64,000 nucleotides of DNA, taken from assembly GCA_053919585.1 (NCBI GenBank), contig CM132803.1. One strand, given 5' to 3'. The DNA is from Euprymna scolopes. Lineage: Eukaryota. The translations under genes were made by a program, and so were the position numbers. Position 1 is the first letter of the stretch, and each line of letters begins with the position of its first letter. The notes below the pieces were generated by a model, which did not search any database, was not told the DNA's origin, and saw nothing but the letters and a program-made list of their open reading frames with translations. Shown here piece by piece: positions 10,625 through 24,184 of the stretch.

Positions 10625-12986
10625 AAAGCGGACAGCCCAGCAATGATTCAAAGATCAAACACTTCGTCAACCGTGACTTATATGTCAATGACCGTTTGAA
10701 ATCTGCTCTGATATTATATCTCTAATTCAGAAAACCCAAAACTTGCTCGCTGCCTCTAACTTAAAGCTGCACAAGATCACCTCAAATACGAATGAAGTGA
10801 TCGCCGCCTTTCCTTCTCAAGATCTCTAATTGACCTTCAGGAATTAGACTTAAGCAAAGATGTTCCTCCCACTCAATGCAGTCTTGGCCTCAATTTGGAT
10901 ATCAAATTGGATACTTTTGTCTTCAGAGTGTCGGATACTGAAAAACCAATGACTAGACGAGGCGTACTGTCGACTCTGAATAGTCTCTACGACCCGCTAG
11001 GATTCGCTGTTCCAGTCACCATACAAGGAAAATTTATCCTACGAAAAATCAACAAAGAGAATGGAGAGTGGGACGCTCCTCTAACTAAAGAACTAGCAGA
11101 ACTCTGGCTCCCGTGGAGAGCGTCCTTAAAGGCTCTCAATGTGGTAATTTCTAGGGTTCTCATAAAATCTTCCCCTTCTAGTGCAACACAGAGAATTCCA
11201 TGTATTTTCCGATGCTTCTTCAAAGGCTGTGGCTGCAGTGGTTTACCTCAGAGTCACAAACAGTAATGGAACCAACCAAACAGGATTGGTGATGGGGAGA
11301 GCGAAGCTCGCACCACAGACCGAACATTTGATTCCTAGACTAGAACTTTGTGCCGCTGTTTTGGCAATCGAACTAGCTGAACTGGTTACTTTAGAAATCG
11401 ACCTAAAGATAGATGGCACCACATTTTACACTGACAGTAAAGTGGTTCTCGGCTATATCTATAATGAAACTAGGCGTTTTTACGTCTATGTAAGTAAGAG
11501 TATCGCAAATCCGAAAAACTTCCATTCCTGCTTAGTGGCAATACGTACGAACAGATCTAAACCCTGCCGACTGCGCGACCAGATCAGTTCCTGCCGTCCA
11601 CCTCTCAAGTACAACCTGGCTTAGTGGTCCTATCTTCCTCCTAGAACCCATTTTGGAATGCTGTGCAAAAACAAACTTCGATCTAGTAGAACCTTCCCTG
11701 GATAGCGAGATCGCCCTGAGGTGTCTACTCTAAGTACATCTTCTTCAAATGCCCAATTTAGCACTCACCGTTTCACCAGATTCTCAACTTGGAAATCGCT
11801 TAACCGTGCCATATCATGTCTGATCCACATCAGTTTCACTTATCAAAAAACTGGTTCTACATTGACATGCGGTCACAAAGGATGGCATCTCTGCGAACAG
11901 ACACACACCATCACAGAACTCGCCCGATCAAAGAATGCCATCATACGAGCAGTACAGGAAGAAACGTACATCCAAGAAATCTCAAGCATCAAAAATAATA
12001 CAGAGATCCAGATAAACAGTGTGCTCAAAACTTTAGATCCATTTATCGACGAAGATGGCCTCTTACGAGTTAGCGGTCGGATTAAAAGAGCCAAGCTCGA
12101 AGACAATGAAAAGCACCCCATAATCATTCCAGGCAAACATCACATAGCCACCCTACTGATAAGACATCACCATGAGGAAGTCCGACACCAAGGACGCCTT
12201 TTCACCGAACGAGCTATCCACACTGCAGGATACTGGATAATCGGAGGTAAAAGATGCGTAAGCATGATCATCCACCATTGCGTCACTTGCAGGAAACTTC
12301 GCAGCCCCACTCAAATTCAAAAGATGGCCGACCTTCCCATCGATCGCCTGTCTACATAACCTCCATTCACCAATATTGGCCTAGACATATTTGGTCCCTG
12401 GTCCATCTCCTCACGCAGAACCTGAGGAGGCTTAGCTTACAGCAAACGATGGGCAGCCATATTCACCTGCATGGCCACGAGAGCCATACACATTGAAGTT
12501 ATTGAATCTCTCGACACTTCAAGCTTTATTAATGCCCTTAGACGTTTCTTTTCTATTTGCGGCCCGGTCAAACACATACGTTCCGACCATGGCACTAATC
12601 TTGTCAGCGCATGCAAGGAATTGAATATTGCCTCAAATATGACGACTCCCATCAACAAATATTAAGCCAAACAAGGCTGTATTTGGACTTTCAACCTGGG
12701 AGCATCATACTGCTGAAAGATGCCCAGGTGCAAAGGAACGATTGGCCGAACGGACTCGTCACTAAGGTCTTCCCCGGTGAAGATGGAAACGTTCGTTTGC
12801 AAAGCAGAGGTAAAAATATCTCGACAGAATAGCACAAAATTTCTCCTTAGACTCATCACAGAAATAATTCTATTACTATCCCCCGATGAATAAACAAAAA
12901 AAAAAGAAAAAAAAAAAAAGAAAAAAGAAAAGAAAAAAAAAAAGAAAGAAAAAAGAGGTAGTGGCATACAAACGCCAGACGGGGAG
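10625..12986 (+). mobile_element. BEL/Pao pol 3' part (end of RT, RNase H/Pao peptidase A17 region, integrase with ~400-bp deletion)
   Basis: LNSLYDPLGF, HVFSDAS, IPRLELCAA, YTDSKVVL, LDPFIDEDGLLRV, HHHEEVRHQG, CVTC; fused at 10624 to a CsRn1-type gag stub (~10490-10624, homologous to 42610-42744). Confidence 0.9.
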
Positions 12987-15788
12987 TGTTCTGTTCCACA
13001 GTTTAGATAAAATAAAAGATAATTGTGACTTAAGAGTTAAGCCCCTTACTTCTTGCTAGGTAGAAAAGAAAAATGACTCAGTGATCCCCCTTTGCGCCCT
13101 AGACTTATATCCCTTTTGATCTTTTCTCATAGAAAGGTAATATTTAGTTGGACACCGGACAAGTAAACGGTAGTCCTTTAGTAACCGCGTGGAATCAAGG
13201 TATTCAAATGTGAAGTAATCCCGTTGCATCGGCAGAAACAAACGGTATGTCAAACTTATATTAAAACATTTAGGACTATTTCATATTAAGAACATTTATC
13301 TGACCCTATTTTCGAAGTTTCTTGACATTTTATCTTCATCGGAATTGTGACATTATTCTTCTTCTTCCATGCGTTTCCTAATCGTTTGTTTTTCTCTCTC
13401 TTCTTCCTTTTCAGTTTTTACTTCTTAAATAAATATACCTGTTGATACTAAAATGACTATCTTCAGAGTTCCTTTGTTTTTGAAGTCAGTTGGCTTGCTG
13501 TAACGAGTTTTTCTACAGGTTGTTCCAGTACAGTAAAAACGTTTGTCTCCATTGCTGACGAGAAAGACAACAGTCCATAACAGGAAACCCATGCACCGGA
13601 ATACTAACCCATACTGCCCAAAGAATTTCATATTTATAAAATGGCTGATAACTGACTCTTACAGGATGAGGTCGAGGGCTTCACGCTCCACAAAATCGTC
13701 TAGCAGGTCCTCTGCAGCAGCCGCAGCACGTGGTAAAGCTGAAGCTGCAAAGGCTCGTCTCAAGTTCGCAGATGAAGAAACTAAATTAAGGTTAGAGAAA
13801 GCAAGGTTGGAGGCAGCTATGGACTTGTTATCTTTGAATAAGGAAGCCGTTGCTGCTGAGGCTAAAGTCGAAGCACTTGAAACTGCAGAACAACAAAGCA
13901 CTTGTAGCCATCCCAAACTGGACCCCACTCCACCTGAACCCATAAAACGCACTCTAGAGTATCTGGCCGATCAAGCAACACGCGGGCTGGAGTAGGTAAC
14001 GCCCCAGGAAAACCTTGACGAAGTTAGAAAGGACTCCTCGAAATACCACACCTCTACACCTCCCTTTATAAACGAGAATGGTTTGTGGCCCACAAACTCC
14101 ATTGTCAGCACTGACCGGCCCTCGCAGGGCGTGGATATCGACGTACGCCCTCATAGGATCAGGAACACCAGTCTGGACACTCACAGACAAAACAAACTCT
14201 TATCCGCCCTGGAACACCAGACTTATTTTATGCGGTACCTTGCTCGTCGCGAGCTCATCTCTACAGAACTCTTCAAGTTTGACGACAGGCCCGAAAGCTA
14301 CCGATCATGGAAATACTCCTTCAAGAATGTTGGTTTATCAGCCAGCCAGGAGATAGATTTGTTGGTAAAGTGGCTCGGCAAAGAGTCTTCAGAACGTGCC
14401 CAAGCCATCAGGGTCGTCCACCCAAACAACCCGGAAAAGGGTTTAAAGACAATATGGACTAGACTCGAAGAGTGTTACAGCTCGCCAGAAATAATTGAGG
14501 AAGTACTCTTCAAACGTGTCGACAACTTCCCCAACATTAATGCTAAGGACCCAGTTAAACTAAGAGAGTTCAGCGATCTCTTGAGTGAACTACAGTCTGC
14601 CAAAAAGGATGGAGACCTTCCCGGACTCATTACGTTAGATACCCACCGAGGTATAAACCCCCTGGTGCAAAAGCACCCCTTCAGTTTACAGGAGAGGTGG
14701 ATGTTTTGGGGCTCCGAATACAAGGATTGCAACCATGTTCACTTCTTACCCTTCAAAGCATTTGTTGACTTTGTTAGCCACCAGGCTAAGGTTCAAAATG
14801 ACCTGAGTTTCATGGTACTACCTCAAACTAACAAGACAGCTTGAAAGATGAACGATATCAGTGCACAACACTCATCAACCCAGACAAGAGAAACAGAAGG
14901 ATCGAAGACCCCAACCAACAGTGTCCTCTACATAGAGCACCTCATCCTCTCCAGAAGTGTCGTGCTTTCCGTGAGAAGCCCTTAGAAGAACGTCTGGCCT
15001 TTCTAAAGGAGAAGGGAATTTGTTTCAGATGTGGTGAAACAACACGCCACCTTGCGAAAAACTGCAAGACAAGAACTAGGTGCATTGAATGTGATAGTGA
15101 TCGGCATATTACAACACTCCACCCTGGACTAAGTCCAAACCCGCCAACGAGTATGGCGGGGAGGAAGACCCAGATCAGACAACAAACGTGACTTCCCAAT
15201 GCACCGAAGTGTGCGGTAGCAACCTCACTGGAAGGTCCTGTTCCAAGATCAGCTTTGTTATGGTCTATCCCAAAGGTCAACGAAATAAGGCCATAAAAGC
15301 CTATGTCATTATAGACCAGGGGTCACCAAACTACGGCCTGGTGAACTCACGTCGCGGGCCAGATTCGGCCCGCGACGTGAGTTCACCAGGCCCGTCGACG
15401 TTGAACTGACGTCGCTTCCTCGGCTTGTGGTAGCTCCGCCTACGCTCTGACGTCACCATGGTTTCCATCGCTTTAAGACCTTTGTGAGAAGGTTGTTTAT
15501 CTTAAAAAAATAGATTTGCCAATGATGTTTTAAAAAAAAAGATTCTTGCAATTTTTCGACTTATTCATTTATCTCAAAGCTGTGCAAAGTTCAATCAAAA
15601 AAATATTTGAAAATTTTTTAAAATAATAGAAATATCATTCTTAACTAAATTTCTTAAAAAAGACGTGCCAACATCAAACTGAAGAACTAAGTGGAAAAAA
15701 TTTAGAAATACTATTCACAACAACTTTCGACTTTTTTCCACTGAACCACTACCATCTCGGAATGGTAAATGTAAAACGATGGATATTT

Positions 15789-17268
15789 ATTAATTTTTTC
15801 GCTTTAGTAGTTTGGCTCTTTGTCTACTAAGTGTCAGAGTACAGAGCGATCAAACACAGTACAAGGCCTGCCGACCAGTTTTACCCCCCTCACGGCAGGG
15901 AGGTAAGGATTTTAAAAATGAGTAAATTTTGACTGTTTTTATATTGTCTTCAAACAAGGTGAAATATCTTAATTTTGTATGATTAAAGTTTCTAGGTGAA
16001 AATAACCCAGTAAATCACCAAATGATAATCAAATTAAAATTTTTTGGATAAATAGATATAATATTATAGAATTAATAATAGTACAAATATCTTATACTTA
16101 TATTTTTTTTAATTCTCACTCAGAGTTTTTCTGTTGGGTCTCGCCTGACGAAAGGATCTTGCGTCATCGCTAATTGTAATTCTAATAATAAAATAAAAAT
16201 TAAATCTTTGTCGGATTGTAATTGAGTTAATTAATTCTATATAGCTGTTTTTCGTTGTCTCAAAAAATTTATGGTTAGGGTACTTTTCGCCAAAACTTAT
16301 AAATAATTTATTTGGAGCTATTAATATTAAGGAATTTAATGGTGTTTTTTTTAAAGCATATTTTTGATAAATGTTTATTAAAGACAAAATATAAATTTAC
16401 TTAAAGTAAATTTTGTACCTTCTCTGTTACTGAAAATCGACTAAAGCAAAATATGATTGTACATCCTTTTTTGAATCTAAGATAATAATACAAAAATTTT
16501 CTTGAAGTTTTAAAATTTAATGATCACAGAAAAATTATTTCTCCATATTTTTTTAATTTAAAAAAAATGTTCAGGCATGATTATTTATTAATTTCATTGA
16601 TAAGATGCTTAAAAAAATAAATTCTATGATTTTTCAGATAAAATAATCTTGTTATAGATCTCTTCAAGGTGCACAGGTCAATTTCAATATGTCATGTTCT
16701 GCATTCTATTCCATGGGACTGGTATTCAATTATTTTTGGCAGATATATTAATATTTCTTTTAATCAATTAGCAAATTTTAATGTGATTATATAAGTTCAG
16801 AAAATTTTTGAAAAGGGAAACGTTTTGCTCCTGACTCTGATTTTGTTTTCAGCATATTAAATTTTTTTATCAACCCTGGCAAAGATTTGTTTTAATTTAT
16901 TATTAGAATTACTTAATTTTTATCTATTTACTGTTATTCAAAAGTCCTTTTAAGGATCAAAAAATTATATTCATAATACTTATATTCAATTTTTTTAAAA
17001 GAACGAGGGATTGAATTGATAATTTGACTGTCATTTGGTGATTTATTGGATTACTTTCATCTATATGTCTATATTTATACAAAATTAAGATGTTTCAACT
17101 TGTTTGAAGACAATATAAAAGCAGTCAAAATTGACTCATTTTTAAAGTCCTTACCCCCCTGCCGTAAGGGGTGTAAAACTGGTCGGCAGGCCTTGTACTG
17201 TGTTTGATCGCTCTGTACTCTGACACTTAGTAGACAAAGAGCCAAACTACTCAAGCGCCAAAATTAAT
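15789..17268. mobile_element. Non-coding foldback/MITE-like element with ~190-bp inverted arms inside the hAT leader, copy 1
   Basis: 15789-15980 is the reverse complement of 17077-17268 (e.g. CAAGGCCTGCCGACCAG / CTGGTCGGCAGGCCTTG); very AT-rich interior. Confidence 0.75.
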
Positions 17269-17502
17269 TCAATTTCTTTTTCAGATCCTGTTTTCTTCAC
17301 CCTTCACCTTTCTAAGAAAAGAAAAGTGGACGCCGAGTGTCGCGTTTTCAATGAAGAATGGGGAGTAAAGTACTTCTTTGTTGAAACAAAGGACCAGAAA
17401 GCTAGTTACGTGATATGTAGCGAAAGTGTTGCCGTTTTGAAAGAGTACAATATTCGGCGTCACTATGAAACAAAACATCTATCAACATATTCAAAGTTTT
17501 CT

Positions 17503-18280
17503 TTGCATACTCCTGCTTGTCCACGGAGACGAGCACCAAATGAGCGCACAGTTTCTTCGCAATCTTGTGTCATATTGTTCAGCATAACCCGAGCCACCAT
17601 TGTGTTTTCCTCACGCACTGTCAGGGCTCTCATGGCTGTTAGAATATCTTCTTGAGATTTTCCTGTCAGGGAGCCGCCAGTAGTGGATGACAGTCAACAT
17701 CCCACGCCTACATCTACCAGGCCACCTCCCACACCGCAGGCTCCAACGCCTTCACCCATGGTACCAACCACACCGAGAAGGAACGTGACACCTGGAGTAA
17801 GACAAAACCAACTTTCCTTTGACCAGCCTCCGAGACGCTCCAATCGGCCACGACAAGAACCAAAGTGGCTCAGGGATTATGAACATTACATGGGACAGAA
17901 TAATCCCCGAACCGGAGGGCAGTCTACCCAATACCCAATGATGGTTCACAACCGTTTCTTTATTTTATGTACAAGCAGTACACCTATCATCTATTAATAT
18001 GCTTTGCAAATAACATCATCCTATTCACAATCCTTACAAGCAACAAACATTAAATCAGTCATTCAGAACACTGTCAAATGACTCGGGGGGGGGGGATAGA
18101 GGATAGTGCATTACATCATCATAATCTAACCATTAGCACATCTTAAATTAATCCAACAGATAGTTGAATTATCATGTCATACTCATCTCACCATAATGTC
18201 ATTGTATATTTCAGACCTCCATCATTTTGGATTAATAAAGTTGTTGTCCGAAAATAGCATTGACCTGCTTATTTAGTTAC
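17503..18280. mobile_element. Composite Gypsy fragment interrupting the hAT transposase (antisense gag + sense integrase tail, PPT, LTR), copy 1
   Basis: Minus strand 17503-17686 reads GGSLTGKSQEDILTAMRALTVREENTMVARVMLNNMTQD...RSFGARLRGQAGVCK; plus strand PRRSNRPRQEPKWLRDY, poly-G PPT ~18084-18096, LTR-like tail with AATAAA. Confidence 0.75.
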
Positions 18281-21200
18281 GCTCTGAGAAATATGAGTCC
18301 ATGAAACGTGGTTTAGAAACTTAAAGAAACCTCTTCACGAGAAAGTTTGCTGAAAATGAATCTGTCACTTGTACAAGTTACAAAATAGTGCATAAGATGG
18401 CAGACCGAGGAAAACCGTTTACTGATGGCAACTTCATCAAAGCGTGTATGATGGAAGCAGCAAATGACTTGTGTCCTGAGAAAGCCGATTTGTTTGGAAG
18501 TATCAGCCTTTCGACAAGTTCAGTTGTGCAGAGAACAGAAGAACTTGGAGAGAACATAGAGCTACAGATACGTGAGAAAGCTAGGAGCTTCCTGTGGTAT
18601 TCTCTGGCGTTGGATGAGTCCACTGATCTCTCGAGTACATCACAACTTCTCGTGTTCATTCGTGGTGTCAATTCGGACTTTCAGATAACAGAAGAGTTGG
18701 CATCCGTTTGCAGCATGCATGGAACAACAACTGGAAAATACATTTTCATGGAAGTGCAGAAAACTTTGCAAGACTATAACCTTCAGTGGAATCAGCTTCG
18801 AGGTGTTACAGTTGATGGAGGTAAAAACATGGCTGGAGGGAGGAAGGGTCTGGTGGGGCAGATCAGGACTCAGTTGGAAGATCTTTAAATTCCAGGCACT
18901 CTGTTCATACACTGCATCATACATCAGCAAACACTGTGGGAAAGACTTAAATATTTCTTGTGTACTGAAACCAGTCGTTTCTGCTGTGAACTTCATTCGG
19001 GGAAATGCACTCAATCACCGTCAGTTCCAGGCTTTTCTTGAAGAAATTGATTCTGATTTCTGTGACTTGCCTTATTACACAGCAGTGAGATGGCTCAGCT
19101 GTGGTAAAGTCCTGTTTCGTTTTTACAAGCTCCGAAACGAAATAGATGTTTTTCTCACTGAAAAAGATAGAGCCAATCCACAGCTGTCAGATCCTATCTG
19201 GCTGTCAAAGTTGTCTTTTTTGGTCGACATCACATCCCACATGAATGAACTGAACTTGAAACTTCAGGGAAAGGATAACCTCGTCTGTGATCTCTACAGA
19301 ATCATCAAAGGATTTCGGAGAAAGCTGTCATTGTTTGAAGCACAACTGGAAGGAGAAAACTTCTCTCATTTTCACTGTTTCAGAGAGTTTTGCGCTTCAA
19401 TCGCTGAAGATGTCAACCTCGATTTTCCAAAAAAGATTATTCGTGACTTGAAGAAGCATTTTTTGGAGAGATTTTCAGATCTCGACAGATCTGAGAGTGA
19501 CATTCTTCTGTTCCAGAATCCGTTTGATTGTAACCTTGATGATGTGCCAGTTGAACTACAGTTGCAAGCAAATGACTTGTTGAAAGAGAAGCACAGAGAA
19601 GGAAAACTTTTTGAATTTTACTGCTGCTTACCTGATCCTGAGTTTCCGAAATTGAAGAAATTTGCTGCTGGTATGGCATCAGTGTTTGGAACAACTTATG
19701 TCTGTGAGCAAACATTTTCAAAAATGAAGTATGTGAAATCAACACATCGAATGAGATTGACTGATGATCATTTGAAAGCAATTCTCTTGATTGGATGCAG
19801 CAATTCCAAACCAAACATTGATGATATCTTGAAAGCCAAACATCAGTTTCACAAATCTCACTAAACTTTTTTGCTGTTTGGGTTGTGAGATTCGGATATG
19901 TGCACACTAGGTTTGATGTAACTATCTTTTTGCTTACGTCGCCTTCTTTGAAAACCTTTTAGTAAATAAAATGTTGGTTGTCTTTGTTTTTTAATTAACA
20001 TGGAACGCTAAACTTAGTTTTTCGTCTTTTTTCCCAGAGCTTTCGTTCTGGCTTGCAAGTATTGAACAGAATGATTATGCGGCCCGCGCTCGTCATTCTT
20101 TCAGTTATCTGGCCCACTGTGAAAAAAGTTTGGTGACCCCTGTTATAGACGATCAAAGCAACAAGTCGCTGGCCGGATCTGACTATTTTGACATATTCAG
20201 CAATGAAAGTCCTTGCTATGCATATCGTCTAAAAACCTGTGCCGGAGTGCCCGAAGCAACTGGAAGAAGGGCGAATGGGTACGAAATAGAATCCATGGAT
20301 GGACAAGTCTGTTTCTGGCTCCCCACTGATAGAATGTGATGAGATACCCAACTATAGGTGAGAGATCCCTACACCTGAGATAGCTCGCCATCATCCTCAC
20401 CTTAGCTGACTAGATTCCAGAGCTCGAACCAAAAGCTCAGATCATGCTGCTTCTCGGACGTGATATTATTAGTCCATAAGGTTCGAAGACAGATCAACAG
20501 ACCCCACAATGCCCCCTATGCGCAGAGACTTGATCTGGTGTGGGTGATAATAGGCAACATCTGTCTCAGAGGAGTTCACGAACCTCTATATGTAGATACA
20601 TTCTACACTATCACCTTTGAAAAGGGAAGGGCCACAACCTTTGAACCATGCCTCAACACCCTGCTGGTGAAAGAAAAACATACCAACAGTCAAAATCACT
20701 TTCACCCTGAATACACTATAGATAACCTCGGCCTCACAATATTCCAACAAACGAAAGAGGATAACCATCCAGCGCCTTTGATCGAAGACATTAACTTTAC
20801 CGAAATTATGAAACAAGGTGTAAGAAAAGCTCCATTGCCATTCAAATCACGCAGACGCCTCCCGGATAACAAAGATGGGCAGTTAACAGGCTGACATCTC
20901 TTAGACGCACACTGCAGAGAAAACCAGAGATGCGAGAACACTTCTTTGTGTTTATGGGGAAAATGTTGGAAAATGGCCACTTACTTAAAGTAGGTGAAGA
21001 AAAATGTTGGAAAATGGCCACGCTGAAGTAGCCACTTCTCTTAAAGTAGGTGAAGAACGATGGTATTTACCGACCTTCGGCATCTATCATCCCAAAAAAC
21101 CAGGGAAGATCCGGTAGTATTCGATTCAAGTGCTCAGTACAATGGAGTATCATTGAATGACATCCTACTAAGTGGCCCCGACCTCAACAACCCCCTCATT

Positions 21201-24184
21201 AGGGTTCTCATCAGATTTCACAGAGAGTTAGTGGCAGTGACTGCCGATATAGAACAAATGTTCTACTGCTTCCTCGTTGAAACTGAACATAGAAATTTCT
21301 CAAGGTTCCTATGGTTTGAAAACAATGACCCCAACAAGAATATCATCGAATACCGGATGAGAGTCCATGTTTTTGGGAACAGTCCTTCTCCTTCAGTGGC
21401 GATTTACTGTCTTCGACAGGCAGTGGAAAGCGGACAGCCCAGCAATGATTCAAAGATCAAACACTTCGTCAACCGTGACTTATATGTCAATGACCGTTTG
21501 AAATCTGCTCTGATATTATATCTCTAATTCAGAAAACCCAAAACTTGCTCGCTGCCTCTAACTTAAAGCTGCAAAAGATCACCTCAAATACGAATGAAGT
21601 GATCGCCGCCTTTCCTTCTCAAGATCTCTAATTGACCTTCAGGAATTAGACTTAAGCAAAGATGTTCCTCCCACTCAATGCAGTCTTGGCCTCAATTTGG
21701 ATATCAAATTGGATACTTTTGTCTTCAGAGTGTCGGATACTGAAAAACCAATGACTAGACGAGGCGTACTGTCGACTCTGAATAGTCTCTACGACCCGCT
21801 AGGATTCGCTGTTCCAGTCACCATACAAGGAAAATTTATCCTACGAAAAATCAACAAAGAGAATGGAGAGTGGGACGCTCCTCTAACTAAAGAACTAGCA
21901 GAACTCTGGCTCCCGTGGAGAGCGTCCTTAAAGGCTCTCAATGTGGTAATTTCTAGGGTTCTCACAAAATCTTCCCCTTCTAGTGCAACACAGAGAATTC
22001 CATGTATTTTCCGATGCTTCTTCAAAGGCTGTGGCTGCAGTGGTTTACCTCAGAGTCACAAACAGTAATGGAACCAACCAAACAGGATTGGTGATGGGGA
22101 GAGCGAAGCTCGCACCACAGACCGAACATTTGATTCCTAGACTAGAACTTTGTGCCGCTGTTTTGGCAATCGAACTAGCTGAACTGGTTACTTTAGAAAT
22201 CGACCTAAAGATAGATGGCACCACATTCTACACTGACAGTAAAGTGGTTCTCGGCTATATCTATAATGAAACTAGGCGTTTTTACGTCTATGTAAGTAAG
22301 AGTATCGCAAATCCGAAAAACTTCCATTCCTGCTTAGTGGCAATACGTACGAACAGATCTAAACCCTGCCGACTGCGCGACCAGATCAGTTCCTGCCGTC
22401 CACCTCTCAAGTACAACCTGGCTTAGTGGTCCTATCTTCCTCCTAGAACCCATTTTGGAATGCTGTGCAAAAACAAACTTCGATCTAGTAGAACCTTCCC
22501 TGGATAGCGAGATCGCCCTGAGGTGTCTACTCTAAGTACATCTTCTTCAAATGCCCAATTTAGCACTCACCGTTTCACCAGATTCTCAACTTGGAAATCG
22601 CTTAACCGTGCCATATCATGTCTGATCCACATCAGTCTCACTTATCAAAAAACTGGTTCTACATTGACATGCGGTCACAAAGGATGGCATCTCTGCGAAC
22701 AGACACGCACCATCACAGAACTCGCCCGATCAAAGAATGCCATCATACGAGCAGTACAGGAAGAAACGTACATCCAAGAAATCTCAAGCATCAAAAATAA
22801 TACAGAGATCCAGATAAACAGTGCGCTCAAAACTTTAGATCCATTTATCGACGAAGATGGCCTCTTACGAGTTGGCGGTCGGATTAAAAGAGCCAAGCTC
22901 GAAGACAATGAAAAGCACCCCATAATCATTCCAGGCAAACATCACATAGCTACCCTACTGATAAGACATCACCATGAGGAAGTCAGACACCAAGGACGCC
23001 TTTTCACCGAACGAGCTATCCACACTGCAGGATACTGGATAATCGGAGGTAAAAGATGCGTAAGCACGATCATCCACCATTGCGTCACTTGCAGGAAACT
23101 TCGCAGCCCCACTCAAATTCAAAAGATGGCCGACCTTCCCATCGATCGCCTGTCTACATAACCTCCATTCACCAATATTGGCCTAGACATATTTGGTCCC
23201 TGGTCCATCTCCTCACGCAGAACCTGAGGAGGCTTAGCTTACAGCAAACGATGGGCAGCCATATTCACCTGCATGGCCACGAGAGCCATACACATTGAAG
23301 TTATTGAATCTCTCGACACTTCCAGCTTTATTAATGCCCTTAGACGTTTCTTTTCTATTTGCGGCCCGGTCAAACACATACGTTCCGACCATGGCACTAA
23401 TCTTGTCAGCGCATGCAAGGAATTGAATATTGCCTCAAATATGACGACTCCCATCAACAAATATTAAGCCAAACAAGGCTGTATTTGGACTTTCAATCCC
23501 CCACACGCTCCACACATGGGTGGCACCCGGGAAAGGATGATAGGTATGGCCAAACGAATTTTAGACTATTTACCTACAAAAACTATTTACCTACAAAAAA
23601 GGCATAGGAAATTAACACACGAAGCACTCACCACCTTAATGGCAGAGGTGACTTCTATCATAAATGCCAGACCACTTCTTCTGATATCAACAGACCCAGA
23701 TGATCCTTCCTTGCTAACCCCAGCCATGCTCCTCACCCAGAAGCTCAACCCACATACTGTTGCCACAGGTGAATTCACAAGAGAAAACACCTTTAAACAC
23801 CAATGGAAACGTGTTCAGCATTTGGCACAAATCTTTTGGAACAAGTGGCGGAAACAATATCTCTCCTCCCTTCAGACACGTACGAAGTGGGAACCGAAAC
23901 AGCTAAATTTTCAACCTGGGAGCATCATACTGCTGAAAGATGCCCAGGTGCAAAGGAACGATTGGCCGAACGGACTCGTCACTAAGGTCTTCCCCGGTGA
24001 AGATGGAAACGTTCGTTTGCAAAGCAGAGGTAAAAATATCTCGACAGAATAGCACAAAATTTCTCCTTAGACTCATCACAGAAATAATTCTATTACTATC
24101 CCCCGATGAATAAACAAAAAAAAAAAAAGAAAAAAAAAAAAGAAAGAAAAAAGAGGTAGTGGCGTACAAACGCCAGACGGGGAG

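Larger units (their letters stand above)
15317..20142 (+). mobile_element. hAT (Buster/Charlie, GTF2IRD2-like transposase) transposon nested in BEL protease, copy 1
   Basis: Perfect 16-bp TIR CAGGGGTCACCAAACT; 8-bp TSD TTATAGAC (nnnTAnnn); transposase motifs KEYNIRRHYETKH, SLALDESTD, VTVDGG, HCIIH, VRWLS, TTYVCEQTFSKMK. Confidence 0.95.

Noticed and set aside
18388-19864. Domesticated host gene GTF2IRD2/ZBED/EPM2AIP1
   Set aside because: Bounded by perfect TIRs and TSD, and disrupted by different stops and frameshifts in each copy.
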